From assembly GCA_964016885.1 (NCBI GenBank), contig OZ024742.1, positions 285,200,001 through 285,264,000 of the forward strand: 64,000 nt of DNA. Direction: 5' to 3'. The notes under the pieces were generated by a model. That model saw only the letters and a program-made list of their open reading frames with translations. It did not search any database and was not told the DNA's origin. Position numbers and translations under genes: made by a program. Numbering within the stretch: the stretch's first letter is position 1; each line of letters begins with the position of its first letter. Source of the stretch: Eledone cirrhosa. Its lineage: Eukaryota. Shown here one piece after another: positions 43,418-56,000 of this stretch.

Positions 43418-44390
43418 CATGCACAATACGGACAGGCCTTCGCGCATGCGCAGTACGGACCGGCCATCGCGCACGGGCAGTACGGACCGGCCTTGCGCAT
43501 GCGCAGTACGGACCAGCCTTCGCGCATGCACAGTACGGACCAGCCTTCGCGCAAGCGCACTTCTGACCAACCTTCGCGCATGCGCACTTCTGAGCAGCCT
43601 TCCGCATGCGCAGTACGAACCAGCCTTCGTTCATGCGCAGTACGGACCAGCCTTAACGCATGCGCAGTACAGACCAGCCTTCGCATATGCGCAGTACGGA
43701 CCGGCCTTCGCGCATGCGCAGTACGAACCAGTCTTAGCACATGCGCAGTATAGACCAGCCTTCGCGCATGTGCTGTACGGATCAGCCTTCGTGCATGCGC
43801 ACTTCGAACCAGACTTTGCGCATGTGCACTTCGGACCAGCTTTCGCGCATGCGCACTTCGGACCAGTCTTCGCGCATGCGCATTACGGACCAGCCTTCGC
43901 ACATGCGTAGTCGTAGTAAGGACCAGCCTTCGCGCATGCGCATTACAGACCAGCCTTTGCTATGCGCAGTACGGAACGGCCTTCGCGCATGCGCAGTACG
44001 GACCAGTCTTCGCGCATGCAGTATAGACCAGCCAGCCTTCGCGCATGCGCAGTACGGACCAGCCTTTGTGCATGCGCTGTACGGATCAGCGTTCGTGCAT
44101 CCGCACTTCGAACCACACTTTGCGCATGCGCACTTCGGACCAGACTTCGCGCATGCGCACTTCGAACCAGTCTTCGCGCATGCGCTGTACGGCCCAGCCT
44201 TCGCGAATGCGCACTTCGGACCAGCCTTCGCACATGCGATGACGGGCCAGCCTTCGCGCATGCGCAGTATGGACCAGCCTTCGCGCATGCGCACTTCGAC
44301 CAGACTTCGCGCATACGCACTTCGGACCAGATTTCGCGCATGCGCACTTCAGATCAGACATCGCACATGCGCACTTCGGACCAGACATCG
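43418..44390. repeat. 27-bp CpG-rich minisatellite (~36 units) with a palindromic GCGCATGCGC core, bracketed by ~125-bp direct repeats (43283-43410, 44436-44562)
   Basis: Unit cagccttcgcgcatgcgcagtacggac, variant ...cacttcggac. Confidence 0.93.
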
Positions 44391-44640
44391 GCTATATATA
44401 TGTCTATGCATGAATAGATATATTTGTGTGTTTGTGTGTCCGTTAGATGTATTATTGCATTTCATGAATTACGAAGAATTTGCAAGTTACTTCACCCGGG
44501 GAGGATTAATAATAGCTTCACTAACTTCGGGAGACGATTTGTGTGTGGTGTGGTATGTATGTGTGTGTGTCTGCATCAGACATAATTTATATGCTATTAT
44601 ATTTATATATATCTAATCAATGGGCGTACAACAGTGCTTA

Positions 44641-45896
44641 ATCTAAACTATAATAAAGTAAGAAGCGCAGGATAGCGTACGGTTTATAATTTTTTATCCC
44701 CTTAGTAAAATAAGTTGGATTACTTTGAATAAATAATGAATGAATATTACATAATATTCTAAATTTCGTGGCTGTTCATTAAATATATCTTATTACTTAT
44801 TTAAAGATTCACTTCTTTAAAATTTTCAAATGTCAACACTTCCGGTTAGCGATCGTTTAAATAAATATTCATATATTTCTGTCACTAATTTTCTCCTAAT
44901 GCAGTTTATATATAATATCGTCTTTTTTTAATGTATCATGCATTACGTTACTGATTACATAAGACAGTGTAACATAGTCTTCGTTCAATTTCTGTGTATA
45001 TTGTCAATTACGATTTTATTTGATCATATCTACATGCATATATACTTGCGTATAATATCAATATACACACTACACATGCTAGCAGATATATAATATCGTC
45101 TTTTTTTAATGTATCATGGATTACGTTACTGATTACAGAAGACAGTGTAACACAGTCTTCGTTCAATTTCTGTGTATATTGTCAATTACGGTTTTATTTG
45201 ATGTATCATATCTACATGCATATATACTTGCGTATAATATCAATATACACACTACACAAGCTAGCAGCAAACCACCCGAAGGTCGGTTAAAAAAAAAGAG
45301 TTAATAAATAAATAAAGAGTTAATAAATAAAGAGTTAAATAAATAAAACGTTATACTTGTTTTACCCTCCCATTTCCAATTAAATCGAACGCTATTATGA
45401 CTGTTTGTGTGTGTTTGTGTAAATGCATGTGTGAATGTATGTATGTTTGTGTGAAAGTATGTGTGAATGTATGTGTATTTGTGTGAATTATGTCCGTGAG
45501 TGTGTATGTTTATAAGTTTGTGTTTGCGTGATTATAGTTATATACTCATAATATTTATATACTCATACATATAGATGTATGTATGTGCACACTCATACGC
45601 GTCAGTGTGTAGAAAATCATAATCTCTCTATCTCTCTCATCACACACTCTCTCTTTCTATATATATGGTAGTTGAAGTGGTGGTGGTTGCGACAATATAC
45701 CGGAAGTGCAACTTTGAAAAGAAGTCAATTTTAGATTATTTATTTTTACGAAATTATTTGTTTACGAAATTTAGTACATAAATTATGTAATATTCATTCA
45801 TTATTTATTCAAAGTAATCCAACTTATTTTACTAACTGGATTAAAAGAAATAATCCGTACGCAGTCCCGCAACCCTTGCTTTATTATAGTTTAGAT
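44641..45896. mobile_element. Long-TIR non-autonomous DNA element (superfamily unclear) with an internal ~180-bp tandem duplication
   Basis: atctaaactataataaag...ttagtaaaataagttggattactttgaataaataatgaatgaatattacataat is inverted at 45781-45896; 44908-45085 is repeated at 45086-45266. Confidence 0.75.
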
Positions 45897-46248
45897 GGAC
45901 AGTCTATATTTTTATTGTTTTTTTATTGTTTTTATGGCGTAATAATTTTGGCAGACTGACGTAAAGTAGAGTCAATAAACATAACAATGAGGTTTATTTA
46001 TGCCATATAATATTAAGTAAAACCACCGTAACTTCGAAAATGACGAAACTGAAAACGATGTATACATGCACACATTCATATTTGCTGAGTTGACATTTGA
46101 TTCATTTCATCTTTTTCAATTTGACAATCGCTGTTGCTATCGTTTCTATTCGTCAACATCTTACATAACCTCCACGTTTAAAACTATCGACTGGCTCTTG
46201 GTTACTTTTAGAGGAGGCCAGTGCTTTGAATATATTCGGGGCCTGGTC

Positions 46249-46795
46249 TCCGTGTTAGTACAAATCCTTCTTTTTTCCACACCAATATCAATGGGACTCT
46301 TAAATGGGTAAGAGCATTGCAGTCCCTTCTCCAAGTCGTTAAAGAAAAGATCAGACCTGTTTCAACAAATCTCTTTTACTCTTTTACCTGTTACATGGTT
46401 AAGGCCATGCTGGGGCACCACCATTGTCACTACACTTTTATAGCTAGCCTTCATTCGTTGGCCATTGATGTAAGAGAGAGTTTGTCGCTGCTGCCCTAAT
46501 TTGAACTTCGTCCTATGCTGTGGGTTCATCTGGATTCTTGGTCAGCAGAATATCGAAATGTTTCTTGGTCTTTGTACAATTAAAATGTTTCAGTCGTTAT
46601 CATCTTCATCCTTTTCTTCTAGACTATTGCCTAACGTATCCTTCATTTTATAACAGGTAGAAGAGTAAAAGAGATTTGTTGAAACAAATCTGACCTTTTC
46701 TTTAACGGCTTGGAGAAGGGACTGTAATGCTCTTACCCATTTAAGAGCCCCATTGATATTGGTGTGGAAAAAAGAAGGATTTGTACTTACACGGA
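46249..46795. repeat. Inverted repeat, ~145-bp arms with ~255-bp spacer
   Basis: 46249-46393 is approximately the reverse complement of 46649-46795. Confidence 0.88.
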
Positions 46796-47872
46796 AACAA
46801 AAAAACTCCGATGGAGATTTTGCTGCTATTTCTAAATTATCGAGAAACTACTTGGAGGTTTGTCAGTCAATGAGAGGGGGAGGGTTGTTTTGACATCATT
46901 ATTATATCAAATTAAGGCGGCGAATTGGCAGAGTAGTTGGAAGGCCAGATAGAATGCTTTGCTGTATCCGTTTTGGGTCTCTGCTTTTTGATTTCAAATC
47001 TCACTGAGGTCAACTTTACCTTTCATCCATTCAAGATCGATAAAAAAAAACAATCAGTCAAGTACTGTGGTTGATTTTTCCTCTATATATCTTTCTCATT
47101 TCCATTTTCTCACTTTTTATCTTTCTCTGGAAGAAATCTGCTGTATCCAGACCTGGAGAAGAGATAGGTTCCGCGGGGTTTTAAAATGACATAGAAACGC
47201 CGTATTTCAATATGACGCCCCCATCGACTCCTTCAGGAGTTACGGGACCTTGCATGCAATGTATCACAACAGTCTAAAGGCACGTGGCTTAATGGTTAGC
47301 ATATGACTCACTATCGTAAGACCGTGAATTCGATTCCTGGCTGTGAGCAAGACACTTTATTTCACGTTGCTCCCGTTCATACAGCTGAAAAAAAAAATGT
47401 GTTGTAACTGTAGTTAAAAAAATTGCCTTGTCACAGATTGTGTCACGTTGAATCACTCTGAAAATTGCGTTAATAGTCCACGTGTCTGTGGAACTCTTAT
47501 CCGCTTAGACATTAATTTCACAAGAAGGCTGTTTCGTAGCTCAAACAGCTAGAACAAAACAAGCAAGGGTTCACCTGTACGTTAAACTAATCAATGCAGA
47601 GTATATTGTTGGCTAGTACTTACTTTCTTTACATCAAGCTGAGATGAGAAAAAGAAAGGCATTACACATAGCAGTCATTCACACTAAATATTTTCTCTAG
47701 TATCTTAACTCCATATAAAAACTTTACACACACAACTGTCAAACCTTAACTGTGTGAATAAACAGCTTCTCACCCCCCCCTCTTACTACTACTACTACTA
47801 CTACTACCACAACCACCACGACTACCATTAACGCCCCCCCTCCACTACTACTACTACTACTACTACTACTAT

Positions 47873-47938
<66 letters not shown>

Positions 47939-47945
47939 CAACGCC

Positions 47946-47988
<43 letters not shown>

Positions 47989-48390
47989 CACCACCACTGC
48001 TACTGAACTATGTGATCAAATAGTTTTTGCTCTTTTCCTTTTAACCTCAGCGCTGATCAAGTAGACCTATGATCAAAAGCATTCTAGTCGTGACCACCCT
48101 GTCTTATGCACGTGTAATCTTTTTCGAAAGCCGCGCTATATGTATTTTACTGCTATTTTTAGCACTCGAGGTGACTAAGCAGAGGCTCTCCTTTGACTCT
48201 TGATTGTTGAGTTAAAGACCCCCTACGGCCACGAATTACCATGGGATTTGCATCTAAAAGAACTTTCCCTCCTGAGTCCGGACAAGGTGTTTCTTTTGTG
48301 GTAGACCAGCAGTCACCCATGCATACCAGTCTCTCCTTTCCACTCCACCGATGTTGTCCAAGAGAAAGGCAAAGGATCCAGTGACGCCAC

Positions 48391-48464
<74 letters not shown>

Positions 48465-48546
48465 CATATATATATATAAGTTTGATAAATTTTGGCCGGT
48501 ATTGGCCCAGGCCATGTCTAACATAATAGCACCACCTATATATATA

Positions 48547-48626
<80 letters not shown>

Positions 48627-48757
48627 ATAATTGGTGTGGGATGCTTAAAGCGTCCGTATGCGGTAGGCCGTTTGAGCTCTCGTTGCTCTTACAGAGCAGA
48701 GTATAATATCACATAAGAAATGGAGAATCAGTGTTGCGACGAATAAAATTTATTAGG

Positions 48758-48848
48758 CATATTACAATTGTTTCTCTGGCGACCAGCTCGAGGCACGATC
48801 GATGTAATGATCGAACCCGACTCTGAAATCGCAAGGTCCTCAGATACG
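48758..48848 (-). ncRNA. Type-I hammerhead ribozyme with long stem II (PLE 3'-end relic near a GT/TA tract)
   Basis: CGUAU-CUGAGGA-[CCUUGCGAUU...GGUCGCCAGA]-GAAA-CAAUUG-UA^AUAUG, followed by ccuaauaaauu as in the PLE2 pLTR. Confidence 0.78.
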
Positions 48849-49559
48849 TCTCGATTCCACGAAGCAGAGTTTCCAAATGGAATACACCCACACTATACAA
48901 ACGTAATCACACACACACACAAACTACACTAACATATTCATACACAGTTGCCATCTGAGGCAGGAGTCCGGGCAAGGTGTTTTGGGGAAGACAAATCAGT
49001 CGCACGTAGATACTAGTTTCCCCTCTCCATGCCATCGATGTTATCAAAGGTCGATACAGCTTGACACTAATCACGTCGCTATTCACTTCTACAGCTGAGT
49101 AAACTGGAACAATTTGAAATAAAGTGTCTTGCTGAAGGGTACAACGCTTCACCTGGTCCGAGAATCGAACTGACAACCTCCCTATTGCAAGCCCAATGTT
49201 CTTACCACTAAGCCATACATCTTCACAATGACTTAACATATTGGTAAATGGAAGTCGGTTTCGTTGCTGACTATTTAAGTTAACATGTAAGTGGCTGAGT
49301 ATTCTACAGATCAATGTTTGACAAGGTGGGTCCTTTGAATGAAATGTGTAGTCTATTTAATATTATATGTGTGGCGGAGTATTTCACTGACATGTGTACC
49401 TTTAACATAGTTCTCAGGGAGATTCAGTGTGACACAGTGGGTGACAAAGCTGACACTTTCAATTACAAAACCCATCCGACAGGCTTCCACACAGATTTTG
49501 TCTACTAAATTTCATTTCAAACAGGCTAAAATAAAAGACAACCAGGACCTGTCCGACTG

Positions 49560-49725
49560 CTTCCTATTTCTAGCGGTCTTCGTCCAGACCTCTGGAGTCC
49601 TTGGTCGCTACACTGCTGATTCCCTCGATAAAATCGGAAAGATGGCGACCTGCTTGAAGAGAAAGCCCCGTGAGGCGGGTGTCTCTGGTCACTCTCTGCG
49701 GTAACGCCTTGGCCATTTTGTCCGT
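49560..49725 (+). pseudogene. Second CRE-like endonuclease C-terminal fragment
   Basis: FLAVFVQTSGVLG..LDKIG..KPREAG..CGNALAILS, similar to 24228-24400. Confidence 0.55.
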
Positions 49726-51619
49726 GGGGTGCAGCTGAAACCGCTCAGACTGGGGTGTAGTGTCGTTCCTCGCTCTCCTTTTCTTGATTTTTTTCTTTTT
49801 CTTCCTTTTATTTCCTTTTTTTGTTCCCTTTAATATCGTGTTTTGTTTTTATATAAACAGCTTTGTAAAATAAAATAGTTGTTACTCATAGTCTGTAAAT
49901 AGTTAAAAAAAATTGTAAAACATATCCAAATTGCAATGCGATGTGATTGAGCATGGACCTTCACCATTGTGACACGAACTTAGTAGCTACAATAATAGGT
50001 AGAGCGAAAAAATAAAGTACCAGTCAAATACTGGTGTTAATATAATCAACTTTCCCCTCCCCTCCAAATTATTGGTCTTGTGCCAAATGTTAGAAACCTT
50101 CAAAGAAAGAATTATTACGAGGACGGTGAATTTGCAGAGTGGAGGCGCGTGGCCTAGTGGTAAATGTGTTGGTCTTACGATATTAATGTCGTGGTTTTGA
50201 TACATGGACTGGTTTGTGTGTTGTGTTCTTGAGCAGAACGCTTAATTTCAGTTGTTCCAGCTGAAAATGAGTACCAGCAATTAACTGAGGATATAACCTT
50301 GCGATGGACTGGCATCTTGTCCAGGGGAGAGTCTTGTACTCTCAATCGCTTAACGCCACAGAAACCGGAATAGGCACTGGTCTGAAGAGCTCTCGGGCTT
50401 GAACAGACTTTTAGGATTTGCAGAATCATTAAAGCATAGTGGTATTTGTTACGACTCTTTACGTACTGGGTTCAAATCTCACCGAGATCAACTATGCCTT
50501 TCATTCATCTGGGGGTCGATAAAATAAAGTACCAGTGAAGTAATGGGGATTTATTTAATCAACTTTCCTCTACCTCTTAAAGTAACAGTGAAAAACTAGG
50601 GTGGATTGAATCGACTGTTTTTTACCCCACAAAGTACCAATGAAGTACTAGACTTGACTCAATCAATTGTCTTCTACCGCACGAAGTACCAGTGAAGTAC
50701 CAGGATTGATTTGATCCTCTAACCTATTAACCCTACCATCTATATCAGGTGTCTTCAACTTGAGGTCATGTTATGAGAGGCAACGAACCTGCTAAAATCT
50801 TTTACTATGGGAGCCTACTGTGAAATGCAAATATGGAAGAACTTTCAAGACATTAAAGATAGCGGTGATGGTGGTGGAGGAGGCTACCCTTTTTGATGAT
50901 GGCGGTTGGGGTTACCATTTTGGTGGTTGTGGTGTTGGTGGAGTTGGCATGTTTGGGGGTGGGCTACCAATTTTAGTGGAGGTGGTGGGGATGGTGGTTG
51001 TGGTGGCTGGCGCTACTATTTTGGTGCCATTTTTGGTGGGGTATACTATTTTGGTGCAGGTGGTGGGGATACCATTTTTGATGGTGGTGGAAACGGGGGC
51101 TACCGTTTTTGGCAAGCAATTTTTGTTAATATTCTTAATTATTTTCTGCTTTGGCAAGAGATAAAGGATCACCTATAACCCCCTCCCCACCCTCTCCACC
51201 ACCATTTAAATATCTAGGAACTATTAAAGTCTATTAATAATCTAGGTATTGTTGCTTGTTGAGTGTCTCTTCATATACCATACACCATTTAGTCATGTAC
51301 GTGCCGTGTGTCTTGCGTAGCTTAAGTTACGTGACTATCTGAAATAGTGATAGAATACCATATAGCATGCTGCCTTGTTTAATAGCCTTGATTACTTCCG
51401 GTGGCACACAAGTATGGAGTTCCGGTCTTGTGTGAACGAATGCTTTGAAGTTATAATGAGAAGCTGTCAACGAAAGTTTAAAGTGGAGACCATTTTCTTC
51501 CCTGTAAATATATATATGTATTGTATTTATACCACATTTCTTTTTCATGTATCATACACACGCACGCACATACACAGACGTACACACACGCACATACACA
51601 CACACACTCATACACACAT

Positions 51620-51662
<43 letters not shown>

Positions 51663-51871
51663 TACAGACACATACACATATACACACATACACCTGTTCC
51701 TACATACAGGCATACACCTTCATTCTCATCTCTGGTTTCTCTGAACTCAACACAAATAATTTCTTTCCATACCCTTTTCCATTACCTCTCTCTGCCCCTT
51801 CACTCCACGGCTCTTCCTCCTCCTTCCACGCCTCTCCCTCCCCCTTCTCTTTCTCTCTCTCCCTTTCTACT

Positions 51872-51925
51872 CTACCTCTTTTGTATATATATACAGTATA
51901 CAAACACACATACACTCAGACATGA

Positions 51926-51956
<31 letters not shown>

Positions 51957-52860
51957 GATGGATGCCCGGTTTGTTTGTAAACAACCATCCCGAATTAAGC
52001 CGTACAGTGTTTAGCAACCATCGTTGCCCTTTTGTTCAACACTGACAAAGGAACGATGTATTAGTTTCAAGCTTATTAGCTATCGTCAGCACTGTATACC
52101 TTCCTGCCAGATGATTGAACGTCTGAAAGTATATACTTTCCTTATGCATATTAACGCCTGAGCAGCCTAATTTGCATATCGAGTGAGTTAATCGGCCGGG
52201 TGCACCGAAAACGATAAATGGAAAAAATGAAACGAAATTTCATTTCTCACTCTAAGTACGGCTGTTACTTAAATATAAGTATGTATACGTACATACATAT
52301 ATGTATACAGACGTACAGTAGTATGTATATATATACATACATGCACACACATATATATATATCCATACGTACATATATATATATGTGTGCATGTATGTAT
52401 ATATATATACATACTACTGTACGTCTGGATACATATATGTATGTACGTATACATACTTATATTTAAGTAACAGCCGTACTAAGAGTGAGAAATGAAATTT
52501 CGTTTCATTTTTTCCATTTATCGTTTACGGTGCGCCCGGCCGATTAACTCACTCGATATGCAAATTAGGCTGCTCAGGCGTTAATATGCATAAGGAAAGT
52601 ATATACTTTCAGACGTTCAATCATCTGGCAGGAAGGTATACAGTGCTGACGATAGCTAATAAGCTTGAAACTAATACATCGTTCCTTTGTCAGTGTTGAA
52701 CAAAAGGGCAACGATGGTCGCTAAACACTGTACGGCTTAATTCGGGATGGTTGTTTACAAACAAACCGGGCATCCATCTATATATATATATATATGTGTG
52801 TGTGTGTTCATGTCTGAGTGTATGTGTGTTTGTATACTGTATATATATACAAAAGAGGTA
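51872..52860. repeat. ~990-bp near-perfect palindrome carrying one hammerhead per arm (52053-52095 minus, 52640-52682 plus)
   Basis: Arms of ~490 bp meet near 52367 with few mismatches; ACAGUG-CUGACGA-[UAGCU-AAUA-AGCUU]-GAAA-CUAA-UA^CAUCGU. Confidence 0.88.
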
Positions 52861-53009
52861 GGGTGGGGTGGGGGGGGGGGGTTGCCATAGAGAATTCTGT
52901 TTTTTATCCTTCTTAGCTTTCATGTGTAGCAACCATCTTTTACTGTAGGAACCCACTAATGTGAAACGCAAACGCGGAAGACCTCTCAGGTCATTAAAGA
53001 GAGTCATTG

Positions 53010-56000
53010 AGGGAGACAGAACTATCTAGTGAAGAACTGAGGCAGTTAATGTTGGAGTGTGTGAAACAGAAAGGTTTTATCATGTCACCACAGAGATATA
53101 AAACTATCTGGTGAAAAACTGAAGCAGTTCATATTGGAGTATGTGAAACAGAAAGGTTTTATCATGTTACCACAAAGACACAGAACTATCTGGTGAAGAA
53201 CTGAAGCAGTTCATATTGGAGTATGTGAAACAGAAAGGTTTTATCATGTTACCACAAAGATACAGAACTATCTGGTGAAAAACTGAAGCAGTTCATATTG
53301 GAGTATGTGAAACAGAAAGGTTTTATCATGTCACCACAAAGATACAGAACTATCAGGTGAAGAACTGAAGCAGTTCATATTGGAGTATGTGAAACAGAAA
53401 GGTTTTATCATGTCACCACAAAGATACAGAACTATCTAGTGAAAAACTGAAGCAGTTCATATTGGAGTATGTGAAACAGAAAGGTTTTATCATGTCACCA
53501 CAAAGATACAGAACTATCAGGTGAAGAACTGAAGCAGTTCATATTGGAGTATGTGAAACAGAAATGTTTTATCATGGCACCACAAAGACACAGAACTATC
53601 TGGTGAAGAACTGAAGCAGTTCATATTGGAGTATGTGAAACAGAAATGTTTTATCATGTCACCACAAAGATATAGAACTATCTGGTGAAGAACTGAAGCA
53701 GTTCATATTGGAGTATGTGAAACAGAAATGTTTTATCATGTCACCACAAAAGATATAGAACTATCTGGTGAAGAACTGAAGCAGTTCATATTGGAGTATG
53801 TGAAACAGAAAGGTTTTATCATGTCACCACAAAGACACAGAACTATCTGGTGAAAAACTGACGCAGTTCATATTGGAGTTTGTGAAACAGAAATGTTTTA
53901 TCATGTCACCACAAAGACACAGAACTATCTGGCACAAAACTGAAGCAGTTCATATCGGAGTATGTGAAACAGAGAGGTTTTATCATGGCACCACAAAGAT
54001 ACAGAACTATCTGGTGAAGAACTGAAGCAGTTCATATTGGAGTATGTGAAACAGAAAGGTTTTATCATGTCACCACAAAGATACAGAACTATCTGGTGAA
54101 GAACTGAAGCAGTTCATATTGGAGTATGTGAAACAGAAAGGTTTTATCATGTCACCACAAAGATACAGAACTATCTAGTGAAGAACTGAAGCAGTTCATA
54201 TTGGAGTATGTGAAACAGAAAGGTTTTATCATGTCACCACAAAGATACAGAACTATCTGGTGAAGAACTGAAGCAGTTCATATTGGAGTATGTGAAACAG
54301 AAAGGTTTTATCATGTCACCACAAAGATATAGAACTATCTGGCACAAAACTGAAGCAGTTCATATTGGTGTATGTGAAAGAGAAAGGTTTTATCATGGCA
54401 CCACAAAGATACAGAACTATCTGGCACAAAACTGAAGCAGTTCATATTGGAGTATGTGAAACAGAAAGGTTTTATCATGTCACCACAAAGACACAGAACT
54501 ATCTGGTGAAAAACTGAAGCAGTTCATATTGGAGTATGTGAAACAGAAAGGTTTTATCATGTCACCCAAAAGATACAGAAATATCTGGTGAAAAACTGAA
54601 GCAGTTCATATTGGAGTATGTGAAACAGAAAGGTTTTATCATGTCACCACAAAGACAGAACTATCTGGTGAAAAACTGAAGCAGTTCATATTGGAGTATG
54701 TGAAACAGAAATGTTTTATCATGGCACCACAAAGATATAGAACTATCTGGTGAAAAACTGAAGCAGTTCATATTGGAGTATGTGAAATAGAAATGTTTTA
54801 TCATGGCACCACAAAGATATAGAACTATCTGGTGAAAAACTGAAGCAGTTCATATTGGAGTATGTGAAACAGAAATGTTTTATCATGGCACCACAAAGAT
54901 ATAGAACTATCTGGTGAAAAACTGAAGCAGTTCATATTGGAGTATGTGAAAGAGAAAGGTTTTATCATGGCACCACAAAGATATAGAACTATCTGGTAAA
55001 GAACTGAAGCAGTTCATATTGCGGTATGTGAAAGAGAAAGGTTTTATCATGTCACCACAAAGATATAGAACTATCTGGTGAAAAACTGAAGCAGTTCATA
55101 TTGGAGTATGTGAAACAGAAATGTTTTATCATGGCACCACAAAGATATAGAACTATCTGGTGAAAAACTGAAGCAGTTCATATTGGAGTATGTGAAACAG
55201 AAATGTTTTATCATGGCACCACAAAGATATAGAACTATCTGGTGAAAAACTGAAGCAGTTCATATTGGAGTATGTGAAAGAGAAAGGTTTTATCATGGCA
55301 CCACAAAGATATAGAACTATCTGGTAAAGAACTGAAGCAGTTCATATTGCGGTATGTGAAAGAGAAAGGTTTTATCATGTCACCACAAAGATATAGAACT
55401 ATCTGGCACAAAACTGAAGCAGTTCATATTGGAGTATGTGAAACAGAAATGATTTATCATGTCACCACAAAGACACAGAACTATCTGGTGAAGAACTGAA
55501 GCAGTTCATATTGGAGTATGTGAAACAGAAAGGTTTTATCATGTCACCACAAAGACACAGAAATATCTGGTGAAAAACTGAAGCAGTTCATATTGGAGTA
55601 TGTGAAACAGAAAGGTTTTATCATGTCACCACAAAGATACAGAACTATCTGGTGAAAAACTGAAGCAGTTCATATTGGAGTATGTGAAACAGAAAGGTTT
55701 TATCATGGCACCACAAAGATACAGAACTATCTGGTGAAAAGCTGAAGCAGTTCATATTGGAGTATGTGAAACAGAAATGTTTTATCATGGCACCACAAAG
55801 ATATAGAACTATCTGGTGAAAAACTGAAGCAGTTCATATTGGAGTATGTGAAACAGAAATGTTTTATCATGGCACCACAAAGATATAGAACTATCTGGTG
55901 AAAAACTGAAGCAGTTCATATTGGAGTATGTGAAAGAGAAAGGTTTTATCATGGCACCACAAAGATATAGAACTATCTGGTAAAGAACTGAAGCAGTTCA

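Noticed and set aside
43182-44616. ORFs with AFAHAQYGP or MRSTDQPSR repeats
   Set aside because: Result of a 27-bp stop-poor unit; several frames on both strands are open.
50820-51178. Gly/Val-rich hydrophobic ORFs
   Set aside because: Degenerate ggggctaccattttggtggtgg minisatellite, open in several frames.
52165-52180. Octamer ATTTGCAT (also near 22389) as an snRNA-type promoter element
   Set aside because: Isolated 8-mers within repeats, with no recognisable snRNA downstream.
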